Positions 49,850 to 62,640 of a stretch of 64,000 nt of DNA are shown piece after piece. The stretch's first letter is position 1. Each line of letters starts with the position of its first letter. Made by a program: the position numbers and the translations under genes. Where the stretch lies: positions 10,684,822-10,748,821 of the forward strand of contig NC_081387.1 in assembly GCF_030684315.1 (NCBI RefSeq), written 5' to 3'. Origin of the DNA: Stegostoma tigrinum. Taxonomy: Eukaryota. The notes under the pieces were generated by a model. It was not told the origin of the DNA. It did not search any database and saw only the letters and a program-made list of their open reading frames with translations.

Positions 49850-50980
49850 TTTGGGACAACATGGTATCGACGTGTCTGTACACAGCAGACCAAGTAGCAT
49901 CAGAGGAGCAGGAAATCTGACGTTTTGGCTCTTGGCCCTTCTTCAGAAATCGGAGAGGGGAAGGGAATTCTGAAACAAATAGGGATAGAGGGGAAGGTGG
50001 ATAGAAGATGGATGAAGCAGAAAATTGGTGGAGAGGAGATAGACAGGTCAAAGAGGTTGGGTTGATGCCAGTGAAGGTGAATGTATTAGGGGATTTAGGG
50101 AGGGGATAGGTCGGTCTACGGAGGACGGACAGGTCAAGGAGGCAGAATGACGTTTGTGGGTAGAAGATGTGGATGGGGCTTGAGGTGGGAGGAATGGCTA
50201 GAGAGGCAGGGAGTAGCTCAGCTGCTTTTGGGATGCAGTAGTAGGAGGGGAAATTTTGAAATATGAGATACTGCTCCTGCAGCTTTCCGGCAGTGTCATT
50301 GTGGCACTGAGCATAGCAGTTCCTCCTATCTCTGCAGCAATTTTAATGCCAGTGCAAAGCATCTTCTCAGGATGATTGCAAAACATCTACAGTCAGTTTG
50401 CAACAAACAAATACACCTCCCAGTCGGGAACCATTTCAAGTCCCGCTCCCACTCCTTGGACGACATGTCCATCCTGGGCATCCTGCATTGGCACAGTGAC
50501 ACTACCTGAAAGCTGCAGTTTCAGCATCTCAGATTTCGCTTGAGAAACCAACAAATTGATGTATCAATGTAGACTTCACAAGTGTCAAAATCTCCCCGAA
50601 ACCGACTGTATCCCAAAACAAGCTCCACCCCCGTTTCCTACCTAACTACTCAACTCATCCCGCCTTCTTGAACAGTCTGTACTCTCTGGATCAACAGGAC
50701 CCCTCCCTAACTCCCCACCTACATTTGCCTTCACTGGCTCCAATCCCGCCTCTTTGACCCGTCTGTCTCCTCTCACCCTAGCTTCTCCTTCATCCATCTT
50801 CAATCCGTCTCCCCCTCTATAACTCATTATTTCAGAATCCCCTTCCCCTCCCACATTTCTGAAGAAGGATCGCAACCCAAAACATCAGCTTTCTTCCTCC
50901 TCTGTTGCTGCTTGGCCTGCTGCATACATCCAGCTCGATACCTTGTTATCTCAGATTCTCCAGCAGTTCCTATTATCTCT
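49850..50980. mobile_element. Older Penelope-like element: inverted pseudo-LTR (~49850-50310) plus GIY-YIG end and pseudo-LTR (~50405-50980)
   Basis: Degenerate homology to 31290-31880 in both orientations. Confidence 0.7.
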
Positions 50981-53001
50981 GCCAGTTGTGGATTTGCTGG
51001 TGATCTGTCCTCCCCGAGAGATCCAGCTCCAGACCATGCTGCCTCATTTTAGAGAATATCAGACCAAACCTGACAGTCAATCAAATAGGTGGAAGGCAAT
51101 TGATGGAAAGTTTTCAAGAAGGTGGGCCTCAGGGAAGTGGGCATGCTGCCAACAGGCATCAAACAAATATATTCGTTTTGATTTCCACTCAGCAACCTCA
51201 CAGGAAGGAAGTCACTGCTGCGTGGAAATCAACCATCAGAGGCCCAGATCCTTGTTCCACTCATTGATACTTCTCAGCAATGGCTGCAGACATTTCATGA
51301 TGTTAAAGCTGTGGGGAAAGAATGTGGGCAGTCGAGGAAGGTTTATCAACAGGAGAAGGGAGATGTCATCTAATATTTATTTTTCGCCCCCACCACTGAC
51401 GGAAAGTCACTCATCCTGTCACCAAATGCCTTTTGAATTGTGAAGCCCAGAGAATAGTACCTGAAGTCACACCGGGTTCAATTCTTATATTCCCCACGTC
51501 GCTATACAAGTGTAGATGACTGAGGATTCAAACACCTATCACCCACCCAATAAAAACCTCACGCACACCCCCAAACCCTGCCGTTTCTGAACACAACATG
51601 GAATGAGGTAGATCAATCTGACCAAGGCCAATTTCTGGGAATTGACATCCCCACACGCTCTGGATTCTGATTCCAGGAGGTGCACTCTATTCATGAGTTC
51701 TCAGTTTTGTGTCCCTGATCATTTCTGAGCAGGAGTGTTTGAGCCAGTAGCTTCACAGTCATGTGGGATTTCTCTCTTTTGTTTCGAAGCACAAATAGAC
51801 AAAACATGTTGATTCCTCAGCTAATGTATTTTACTTGCAACTAACATCAAAGTACACGATGTTCGAATAACAGTTATGTTTCAACTACAAGCCAATATCA
51901 TCGAAAAGTTTGTATTATCGACATTTATGTTCCTATCTGGATCATAAACGTGTATTTGTTGCCATATCTTTAATACATTCTGCATTTTGTTGCTTTGCTC
52001 TCTCCACTGTGAAGCTGTCTTACACTTTAGGTGTAGTGGAGCTGTGTTTTCCTAATCTGAATATTATTTGTTCAGAAGGAACTGCTGTATTCTATGAATC
52101 GGGATTCATTCAAATTTTGGTGGGGAAATATCTCTGCTATTGACTTAATCCATCAACTCAACACACAGGGAACAAAAACAAGCTTGATAGCTGGCACAAC
52201 ACAATAAAATGTCAGGAACATGGACGAGCATTTGTCACAGTGTCCAAGTTTCATTCCATACCTTCAGGCTCTTTGTGACAATCAGAGCATTTCCAATATT
52301 CCACGGATTCTAACTGCACACATTTTACACAAATATGGTGGATTATTATCAATAACTGAATGCTTAATTCGTTGGTTTTATGTTCTTATTCAAGTGAGGA
52401 TTATTTTAATGCTAATGAAGATGAGTAATTCATTTGAGGAGCCAAACAGATGCATTGACATCAGGCTAATCCCACATGACTGTGAACAATTAGGAGAGCT
52501 CTTCTTTTAATTTCCAAAGACTCTTTCTGAAATAAGGAATTAGCTATTATCAAAATACCTAAAAGACATTTGCTATAAACATTCAAAGAGTGTACGATGA
52601 TGAGAATGTCATGTCATTTAATGATTTGAAGATAGTGGATCTGTTCTGTGACACTTTAGGAAGGCAGTGATAGCTTGTTAATGAGCACAATATCATCAAA
52701 TGAAATATTCTCACAGAACAACTTTATGCTGTATTCGATGATGCGTAAATAATAGGTAAGTTTACCATCTCATTCCTTCAAAAATCTACTCGAATAAGTA
52801 GCATCAATTTTACCAACAGGAAGCATACGAATCAGTTGTTATGTTTAAAACGTCATTCAGATCTTACATATAAGTGTCAACTTGATACATAATCGGGCAC
52901 AATTAAACTAAAATCCTGCTGTACATTTGAATATAAATGAAGGAAAATCAAGTCAACGATATTTCTGAAAAGTGCACAAAATTATACTCGTAGCTTTTCT
53001 T

Positions 53002-54417
53002 TCATTTTGTTGTATCGATAATTTTGTACTTGCATGAGAGAAGATTCTTGAAGGTTTTCTTGAAGATGGCATTGCACAGAGCATAACAGACTGGGTTGAT
53101 GGTGCTGTTGATGTAACAGAGCCAATATCCAATGGTCCACATTGTGTCAGGGATACAAATTGAGCAGAAAGTGCTCAACACCATCATGACATTGTATGGG
53201 GTTCCACTAATGATGTATGCAAGGATGATAGCTAGTATGGTTCTGGTTACCTGATGCTCTCGAGATTTAGATACTTTCTTCGATGTATTCCTGTTTATGT
53301 TAACTAAATTATGGCCAGTTCTTATCATTGGGACATTCCTTTTATTCCTGTTGATATTTGGGAGTATTCCTGCTGGGTTGCCACAGTCCACATCTTTTTC
53401 AAATTTACAAATTCCCTTCATTGAGAAGCAATTGGAGTTGTCAATCCGAAAATAATTTTGTCCCACATAAACGCTTGTTTTGCCTTGGATTGCTTCTTCC
53501 TGATTCTCATTCGCAGGCAATGCATTGAGAGAAGTTGAATCATTATTGAGCTCATCTTGATGACTTTGGTCATAGCCATCACCTGTCAATTGATCGGGTA
53601 TTTTGCCACTTTGCGCTTGATCATGCAGAGGCACAACAGGAATTGTTGGAATTCTGTTATTATTTGTTTTTGCTATTTTTTCTTTCACTGGGCTAGAAGA
53701 AACTGTGGAATTACTTGTTTCAGGTGCTGTTTTATCCTGTTTAATTCGGCATTTGCTTGCACGAGATATGAATGTGTACAGAGTCACCATGATTATAGCA
53801 GGGAGATAGAAAGAAGCTGTACCGATACTGAGAGTGACAGCAGGATTTGAGAAGAATTGTACATAACACTCACCTTCGTTAACTGTCCGCTCCCCTACGA
53901 TGTACTGCCAGAAGATAATGGGCGGCGCCCACAGGATAAATGGCAATCCCCAAGCAGCTGCAATCATCATCAAGACCATCTTCGGTCTTTCCTTCACAGG
54001 GTAGTGAACCGGCTTTGTCACGCAGAAGTAGCGATCAAGGCTGATCATGAGGAGGTTCAAGGAAGAGGCATAGCTGACAACATAATCTACAGCAAGCCAG
54101 AAATCACATGCCACTGGACCCAGCGGCCAGTATCCAACCACAATGTAAACGGTGTATAAGTTCATAGAGAATGCACCAATAATGAAATCCGCACAGGCTA
54201 AGCTGAAAATAATGTAGTTATTAATAGTTCGCAAATGTCTGTTGACTTTGATAGATACTAGGATCAGAATGTTTCCAACAATGGTCACCAAACTTAGAGA
54301 TCCTGCTGCAATAACAATGAAGACCATTCCCACTGTATTACAGGAACTCCCTCCTGCAACATCAAACAATCCATTAGTGCTGCTGTGAGATTCATTTGTC
54401 TCCATTACATTGGTCAT
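53002..54417 (-). CDS. CHRM2: Muscarinic acetylcholine receptor M2-like (divergent paralog), single coding exon, 471 aa
   Basis: GSLSLVTIVGNIL..SIKVNRHL..FSLACAD..GYWPLGPVACDFWLAVDYVVS..DRYFCVTKP..ECYVQFFSN..VTRTILAI..WTIGYWLCYINSTINP.CYALCNA.FKKTFK. ICL3 is M2-like (NNN, NDSTS). The acceptor tttcatgcatttAG at 54449 places the first usable ATG at 54417. Confidence 0.93.
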   Translation of the reverse strand: MTNVMETNESHSSTNGLFDVAGGSSCNTVGMVFIVIAAGSLSLVTIVGNILILVSIKVNRHLRTINNYIIFSLACADFIIGAFSMNLYTVYIVVGYWPLGPVACDFWLAVDYVVSYASSLNLLMISLDRYFCVTKPVHYPVKERPKMVLMMIAAAWGLPFILWAPPIIFWQYIVGERTVNEGECYVQFFSNPAVTLSIGTASFYLPAIIMVTLYTFISRASKCRIKQDKTAPETSNSTVSSSPVKEKIAKTNNNRIPTIPVVPLHDQAQSGKIPDQLTGDGYDQSHQDELNNDSTSLNALPANENQEEAIQGKTSVYVGQNYFRIDNSNCFSMKGICKFEKDVDCGNPAGILPNINRNKRNVPMIRTGHNLVNINRNTSKKVSKSREHQVTRTILAIILAYIISGTPYNVMMVLSTFCSICIPDTMWTIGYWLCYINSTINPVCYALCNAIFKKTFKNLLSCKYKIIDTTK

Positions 54418-55729
54418 CCTTTTGTCGTGATGCACAGATATCAAATCCCTAAATGCATGAAAGAAAGGAAAGATTGAAATAAATTGTAACTTCACAGGGC
54501 TGTGTTTATGGCTGTTCTGAAATTTCTAACATCAAGAGGACCAAAAGTAGTCTCAACATATTAACTTCATTCTCTTCTCAAAGCAACACACTATTTGGTT
54601 TGAAATTGTCTCGGAAATCACTATTTTAAAAATTATCTAACACAGTCAAATACTTTTATTGAACTAAGTGAAGATGTGCTTGGTAACAGAGCAAACGTCT
54701 AGCCCAGAACCAGTCTGAAATAACCCCAAGCAGGCAGTGTGCTGTCATCCTGAATTGACATGTACCCAATACACGATGGTGTTCGAGCTCACTGAGACCC
54801 AGCTTCTCGGGTGAACAGAACCCCACTCTCCTGTTTATATCCATCATCCAGGGCTCCTGCATCCTGCAAGTTGGTCTCCTGGCCGGGCATTGCGGAGGCT
54901 CAGCACCGTGGGGAAGTCTCTCAGCGGCCTTTGGTCCAATGTGGCCTCAGCGTGAACTTCCATCCTCCAGGTGATTACAGAGGAGTCTCCCGGCCTTGTC
55001 AGCCTCCAGGTGAATCCCAGCGCAGCCTGGAGTCAAGGCTCAGTGGGGACTGGAAGCTCACTGGGAGTGTGGGCTGGGTTTGAAGGACTCTTTTGCTGAA
55101 CATTTTTAATTCTCTCTCTTTTTAAAAAAATATTCCTCTGATCTCTAATATTGGATTTTTTATTTCTTTATTTTCCTGCCATGCCACCAACACCCCACCC
55201 CCACCCCCGCGACCCCCGAAACTTGTGCTGAAGAATCTGTAACTATTTACCTTTTTACGTCAGATGGCCCTATAAGAGGCGATTTGTAAACTTTTTGCTG
55301 TACACTTTTGAGTACATGTTGCAATAAAGCTAAATCTAATTCAAGATTAGACCAGTCCCAAACTGGGATCTGACATTCCATGATATCAACCTCGTTGACT
55401 CCATTAAAATCACGACATCCTTCCCACTCTGCCTCCTGGGTTGTGTGATACTTTCGTCCCAGTCCCGGATCCTCTGACTCTGCCTCAGATACGGGCTAGT
55501 GTGCACCAGACCATGGACTATGCTTTGCGCTGGGAGCACATCATGAAAATTCATCCTTTTCCTCAAGTGGTGATGGTGTTGAAGCTCTGTCACCTGTTGC
55601 GTCCCATCCAGGACTCGGAGGATCCTTATGACGCGAGGTGGAAGGGGGTATCCACGGGCTCTCACAAACTCGCCGGATATTCTGAAAGGGCAGGGATGTT
55701 GCTGCCCCGTTTATGAGGTTGCAGCTTTC

Positions 55730-56430
55730 TTGTGGTCCAAGTTCCAACATCCCCGGAATTGGTCCACCCTCCTCACACCATCTTTTCATCCACAGGTTCA
55801 TCTTACATGTGGTACTGTTTCTACGCTGACCAGCTTGTTGCTCTGGAAGTAGTCCTGACATAACCACCTTTGAGCGGCTGCATTTCAACTTTCTTCGTAA
55901 GTCTCTATAATCTGCTTTCAGTGCCCATCCTTTCGGGTTAACCGGTGTCATTTGCACCAACATGTACCACAACCAGTAGCTGTTCACCCTCCCGACCCAG
56001 AATGTCCTGCAACCACTTCAAGACATCCAGGACCCGGCAACAGGGAGGGAACACACCATTCTGGACTTCCATTTCACAAAAACTCCCTTTATAATTGAAT
56101 CCCCAATTACTTTTGATTTCTGTGCTCAATCTCCCTCCCTCTACAGCAGAGACAAACATGCCCCCATGAAGTTTGCTGCTAGTGTTGTCTCCTGGATGCC
56201 ATTCCTCTCAACAGTTTCCCAAATGGTATATCTGTTTCGCAGGGGAATAGCCGCAGGAGACGCCTGAACTGCCTGCTTAGCCCTCCTGTCTAGAGTCACA
56301 CATTCCCCTCCTGCCCGTGGTGTCTGAGTCTACAGTGTTACCACCTCTCTATATGTGCCATTCATAATAATCTCCACCTCACAAATGCCCCACGGTGTCC
56401 CCAGGCGCTGGTCCAGGTACAATTGGCGAA
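55730..56430 (-). mobile_element. CR1 LINE ORF1 (SGNH esterase-like) fragment
   Basis: LQDILGREGEQLLVVVHVGANDTG and DLRRKLKCSRSKVVMSGLLP..MNLWMKRWC across frameshifts. Confidence 0.8.
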
Positions 56431-56479
56431 ATTACGTTTTGGTTCTACAATTAGTCAACAGTTGAAGGAAAGGATATTC

Positions 56480-58600
56480 ACTTCTTTGATTCTTTTATGT
56501 TGTTATAACGGTTGCCCGTGACAGAATTCGACTTAAAATGGCCACCAGCGATTTCTTCTGTAAAGCCTTGTCCCTTTAACTTAATTAGTCCTTACAATGT
56601 CAAATACATTTAATACTAAATTGTATCTGATCATGCTGTCTGCTCCACTGACAATTTCTTTAAAAGTATCTAACACTCACCAACATAGTTTCCAGAGCTG
56701 TTTTACGCCACGTTTCTTTGCTCCCGAAGTTCCTCTCAAATTGTTCTCTCTCCTCTCCTCTGAACTTTGCCTCACTTTTGTTTTGGTAAGCAGAGGAAGG
56801 AGGGATAGAAACATTACAGTAACGTAATCTTTGGGGCTGACCGTTGCTCAGCACCATGTTCTCCCACGATGCCTTCCTGACTGCGAAATCCATTCCCAGA
56901 ATTCAAACACTCGATCTCGCAGCATGCTCTGTTTGGCTGCCTAGATCTTCCTGAAAGCTTCCAAGTATTTCATTAGGATTTCACTCAGTTCACCATTTTT
57001 CATCAAAAAAGTGTTGAGTCAATCAGCTTGCATCTCTCTAAAGCTATTTCGTCCTTCAGTTTTTGGGTGTGAGCCTGTTATTTCAATCAGTGCTAACTGA
57101 ACCAATTGCTTCTCACAAGACAGCAGAACTGATGTTATGGTTAGTTAATTACTAATGGTTGGCGTTCCCCAATACAGGTTCTCAGCCTGGCTGAGGTCCT
57201 AAGCAAACTGAAGGTTTGGAGTTCAGAGAGAATTTTGGTAAAGACTGGTTCTGCAGTAACTGATACAATATCAACCTCTATTCGAACCAGGTGATCATTT
57301 AATCAGATATTTATTTTGATTGGTTCTGATTTGGATGTTTTGAAGCAGTTTGCCTGTTCCAAACCAGATACTGGTGCATTTTCCAAGGCGTGCAGTCTCC
57401 TGGATACTGGCCGATCCATTCTCTCACTAAATTCAGTCCCAGTAGGACTCACTTCTGTCTCATTTCCACAAACAGATAGCAATTAAAATGGCCTGCTGAC
57501 CTGTATCCTTGAGAAAATGTTAACCATTTGACCGTGCCTTGGTTTTGTTTTGGATCTTTGCTGTGGGGGTTGACCTCGAGTCACTCTGATCAGGATATCT
57601 CCTGAGTGAGGCTGTTCAATTGCTCTTACCCAAGTGATGTTTTCCCAGGTCCCTCAGCCTGACAAGGATGTCCACTTGCGTCAGAGTGCTTTGTAACTCA
57701 GAAACATCACTTGCTGCATTTTCTAATGACAAAGCCAGTTGTATTGCCTGTTTGAAATCCAGTTGGGCTTCATCCACATGGGAACACATCATAATTCCAC
57801 AACCAAATGGTCTCTCAGCATCTTACTGAGGGTTAAACCAAAATCACATGCCTGTGACAGCCATCCTAACCATGGCAAAAATCCTGACATAGATTACACT
57901 GGATCTCAAACTGCAATGTAAAATCAATAGCATCTCAGAATTAGAGGAGGCTTGGGGTCATAATATTCTTTAACAAATTCTGTCAATTTTTGAAAGATTT
58001 ATGCATCTGGTGCCTCGAGGAACATTAGGTTTTTAATGCTGAAATAAGCTGCTGGCCCACAAGCTGCATACAGAATTACTCAGTCCTTTTTAGCTGACCC
58101 AATGTCATTTGCCTGGAAAAATAAAGCATTCTTTCCACAAACTGGGCCCTGACGTCAATGGCAGGATCAAATGTGTCAAGCTTCTGAAATGGCAATATGA
58201 CTCCAGAAATGCTAACCTGAACTCAAAAACAACTCTTTCAAATGAATCCCTTCAGGACGGTGTTTCTGCCTCGTCACCACTGAAGTAACTCGACAGAGGC
58301 TGGTATCACATCACCAACTCACCTTTTATTCACACATGCATTGTGCCTGAAACTGATCCAGTTGGCTCAGAGCTGGCTCTCAGAACTCTTGATACTTCTG
58401 TTTATATCTGTCAGCCAGAGCTCCTGATTGAATGAGGTTAACAACCCCAATCAGGGAGCCTGATAGATAAATAGATTGCTAGGAGTTGATTATCAAGTGA
58501 ATGTCAGAGGATTGTTTTAGTTAGCCGCTAGTAGTTGCCAAAAGGCAGGTTACACCACTCGTCTATGACATCCACCTGGCTGACCTCTTTCCAATCACTG
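56480..58600 (-). mobile_element. Degenerate Gypsy (Mag/K02A2.6-like) LTR retrotransposon: LTR, PBS, gag and pol remnants
   Basis: On -, LTR end CTTCA at 58281, then tRNA-Ser-type PBS TGGTGACGAGG (58279-58269) and gag-like KLDTFDPAID..FVERM..FQANDIG..AACGPAAYFSIKNL with stops and frameshifts. Confidence 0.7.
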
Positions 58601-59710
58601 TACTGTCTTACTTCATTAAGTACATTTGGTGAGACCGTGTTTTGGCTTTGCAAGCATTCAACCACTTAAGGAAAGATTATACTCACTCATTTGATCCTTT
58701 CCAGCTAATATAACTGTTGCAGCTGCCAATGAGGAAGTTGACTTCAAGTGACCATTGGCGACATTTTAGCTGGCATAAAATGGCCTGAAAGTTGATGACA
58801 ATTACGGTTGAGAATATTCAAAGCAAGACTTCAGACATCCATGCACAATCACTAGATAAGATAATGAAAGGCCTCAGTGAGAGAGGAGAGGAGAGTGTAG
58901 TTAGTGAGGCATCCTTGATAGGGGAGGCATAGATGAAAACCCTTCTGCAAACTAATATAAACGTTCCACTTCAGATACAGTGGAAGGGGACAATTGACCC
59001 ATTTGCTTGAAACATTTTCAGGCAGTTTTAAGTTACATAACAAGAGTACACATATGTATGCTGTACAATAATGAAAGTTTTAGTTTTAATATATCAGTGT
59101 TTAGGGAATTTAATTTGATTCCTCAACTCCAAGCATACATGCATTGCACATAAAAAAAACCTTGAAACGCCTAAATAAGACACATCTAGCAACAAACAAT
59201 CTGAAATCTGTAGTTCAGAAAGAACTAAAAGAAAAGCATGTCACCACAATAATCTGGAATCTTTGAATAATTGTCATTACGTTGGAAACATATCCATCTG
59301 ACTTGTGTGAAATTAAATATGTGAACTTAAAAGCTTCCCTAAAGGAATTTAGTTGAGTTCTTATGAGCAGCCAATCACAGACACTAAAAAGCGACCTCCT
59401 CATTCGCAGGAAAGACGGAACAACAGATGGTGTAAACAGACAACTTGTAAGAGAGCAAAAGAGGTTGCAGGACATGGAAAATAAACAAATATAAGTTCAC
59501 AGCTTCGCACACAGATGCTTGTGAACGTGATTGCATTTCATCCTTATTAATCGGGTTTGAATACTTGTTCTCTGGTAGGAAGACTAGTGTGAAAGCTATT
59601 TGATGGAAAAAGAGTGAGTGGTCGAAGAGTTGCTCACCTTGCTTATTAACCAACTCACAGCCGCAATATAGAAATTCTGTGTTGGTTTGATCACCCCAAT
59701 TTATTAGCCT

Positions 59711-62140
59711 TGTGATGCGAAATTGGAAGAGTATTTGTGGATTGAGAGGCAGGAACTGGATGATTGTAAAATGCATTGAGAAGGCGGTGGGAACCGGCAA
59801 TACTCTCTTGAGAGGTGAGAGTTGTTAACTCTGGCGGATCGCCATTAATCCTCCTGTCTTTGTCCAGCAGCCCTCTCCTTTTATAGCCTTGATGACACAT
59901 CTATTTATTGCAATAGGATGCGTACTATGTGGTCAAAACAATTATGATTTACTTTCTTTTGGTTTAGAAGTGCCTGGTTCAAATTGAGAGGCGGGAACTG
60001 GGTGTTTGTAAAATGCAAAAAGTTAGAAATTGGTGTTGTAAAATGCTGGAGGTAAGCAGCATGGGGGTCCCTTTAAATGACGATGTGATTTTGCTATCCT
60101 CAGAGGTTCAGAATGGGTGTTCGTGGGCAGCGGCTTGATGGTTTCTGGGTCCACAGAGTGCGCTCAAATTGAAACATTTGTATCAAAAGCTCATACAGTT
60201 CGCTGGCCAAGCAGCAGTTCAGTTTTGTGACGAAGACAACCAGTTACTAATTTAGCCAAACAATTTGAACCAGGCACTTAGAAACCAAAAAAAAGTAAAT
60301 CATAATTGTTTTGACCACATAGTACCCATCCTATTGCAAGAAATAGATGTGTCATCATGGCTATAAAAGGAGAGGGCTGTTGGACAAAGACAGGAGAAGT
60401 AATGACCATCTGCCAGAGTGAACAACTCTCCCTCTGAAGAGAGTATTGCTAGCTCCCACTGTCTTCTCAACGCCTTGGAAAAGCACTATCAGAATCAAAG
60501 GTACCAATGGCGCAATGAGGTAATATTCCTGACAGAAGAATTGAAGGTGAAGGTACTCCTGACAGAATATTCAATGGAGAAGGCACAGAATGTTCCAGAA
60601 AAAACATAATCAGGCTGTAATTCTGAGAGACATTTTGTTTTCTTTCACAACAGTCAGATTTGCATTCATTGGAATAGCATGTCATGAGAATCTTTTTTTA
60701 TTCGTGAATAGTTAATGGTGAGAAAAGATTTATTCAGTTTGTTAAAAGTTTAGTTCCATTGGTGTTAGATAAATAAATTGTTACTTGTTGATTGTCAAGT
60801 GAGTGTGAGAGAATTGTTTTAGTTAACAACTAGAAGTTACTGAAAGGCAGGTTACACCACTTTACACACTCTTCCAGCAGATTAGAGTGAAGGTGATTCT
60901 CTTTGGGTGTTTCAGACCCAGTTCTCAAGAGGGGGTTGTCATAACCTCCGCTTCATTACAAATTGGGGGCTCATCTGGTATTTGAATGGATTTTAACAAG
61001 TATGAACAAAATTGAACTGAACCGGAATGGATTGGAACAGGTCTGAACATATTGCGACAGATTTGAACACATTTGGGGCATGGAAGATCCCAGCAGATTT
61101 AAGCAGACTTGAGGACTAGTGTCCAAGATAACAAAATAAACTTATTGAGAAGTGGAAAATCTGTTTAGTTTTGGTTGCTTGTTGTTGGTTAAATTAAACA
61201 TGAGCAAATGGATCTTAACATTGTTAAAGAGGTTCTGGGACTGAAAACGCTTCCTGATCTTGCCAAGAAAGTTTAGAAAGACAGAGAAAGGGGACACTTT
61301 TAGAATCAACAGACTGGACACAATTTGGCTGAACTAGGGATAAGAAGAAAGCTGAAGTTGGAAAGGAGTTTGCCTCGCATTAGGGTATATTAGAGAAACA
61401 GTCAAGTGCAGTGAAGTTGGAAAAAAATAAATTGCAAATTAGACAATTGGAGTTCGAGGACAAAGAAAGGGAAAGTAGATTACGAGCAGAGGAAAAAGAG
61501 AGGGAAAGAAGAACCCAAGCTGAAGAGAAAGAAAGGAAAGAAGAGAGAGCAGAAAGGGGAAGAATTTTTGAGGAGTAAAAGATGAAGTTGGAACTTGAAG
61601 GAATAAGACTTAAAATGACAGAATGAAAGGACCTGATAGAGGTGATGATGAGCAAACTCACCAGAGCCAAAAGCCTGTTAGAATATCTGCAAAAAAGATC
61701 ATATGTTATCGAAATGTGATGAAAAACACATTGAAGCTTTATTCATTACTTTCGAGGGTTTGGCTAAACAGATAAACTAACCATAGACTATGTGGGTAAC
61801 GTTAACTCAGGCCAAGTTGTTAGGCACAGCAAGAGATGTGTTTGCTGCACTGTCAGAGAAGCTGTCAAGTGAATATGAAGAAATAATACAGGCTATTTTG
61901 AGTGCCTATGAATTAGTATCAGAAATGTTTTGATCAAGGCTCAGAAATATAAGAAAAGAGCAGTTCAAACTAATATTGAGTTTAAAAGAATTAACAGAGC
62001 AACTTCAATAGATGTTTGAGAGTATTAAAGATAGAAAGACATTTCAGGATATTAGAGATATTATTCTGCTTGAGGAGTGTAAAAACTCCTTTCCAGAAAA
62101 GATAATAATTCATATTGAGAAACAGAAAGCTAAAACTCCC
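59711..62140 (+). mobile_element. Gypsy (Gmr1-like) LTR retrotransposon: rearranged 5' LTR 59711-60960, tRNA-Pro PBS 60964-60981, degenerate gag ~61200-62140
   Basis: The LTR ends TTACA; PBS TGGGGGCTCATCTGGTAT matches tRNA-Pro at 15/18. Gag remnant FEGLAKQ..MWVTLTQAKLLGTARDVFAALSE..YEEIIQAILSAYELVSE plus an E/K/R-rich coiled coil. Confidence 0.8.
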
Positions 62141-62640
62141 TCAGGCTTGCTGCAGTGTTCCAGAGAAGCTCAACACAGTTTGAAGGAACAACACATCAGT
62201 TTCCATTTGGGGACCATGCAGCTCTCTGGACTCAATACTGAGTTGATTAATTTTAAGGCCTCTACTTTCCCATGTCTGAGCATCGTACCCATTACACCAG
62301 GCCTCGTGTACCATTACACAGTACCTATTGTTAGCCACTAACAGCCTACAGGATCAGCTATTCACTGTCCTTGCCAGATCATTATCCATTTCTTTGTCTG
62401 TTCAACTGTTGTTCACTGTCTTTGAACTCTCTCCACACCAATCAATTCTCCTTTCCCCCTCCCCCACCCTACCTTCTGCATATAAACCGGCATTTTTCTG
62501 GCTACTATCAGTTCGAACGAAGGGTCACCAGGCTCAAATTGTTAACTCAGATTTCTCCTCACAGGCGCTGTCAGACCTGCTGAGATTTTCAGCAACTTCT
62601 GCTTTTCTTTCTGATTTACAGAATCCATGGCCGCTTCAGT
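62140..62640 (+). mobile_element. Penelope-like 3' fragment truncating the Gypsy gag
   Basis: EAQHSLKEQHISFHLGTMQLSGLNTEL resembles the GIY-YIG C-terminus at 31290. Confidence 0.7.

Noticed and set aside
54418-54495. 26-aa N-terminal extension of the muscarinic ORF in the ORF track
   Set aside because: It starts at GTG and crosses a polypyrimidine tract and AG acceptor (54449), so it is intron/UTR sequence. The real start is ATG 54417 (or the next Met).
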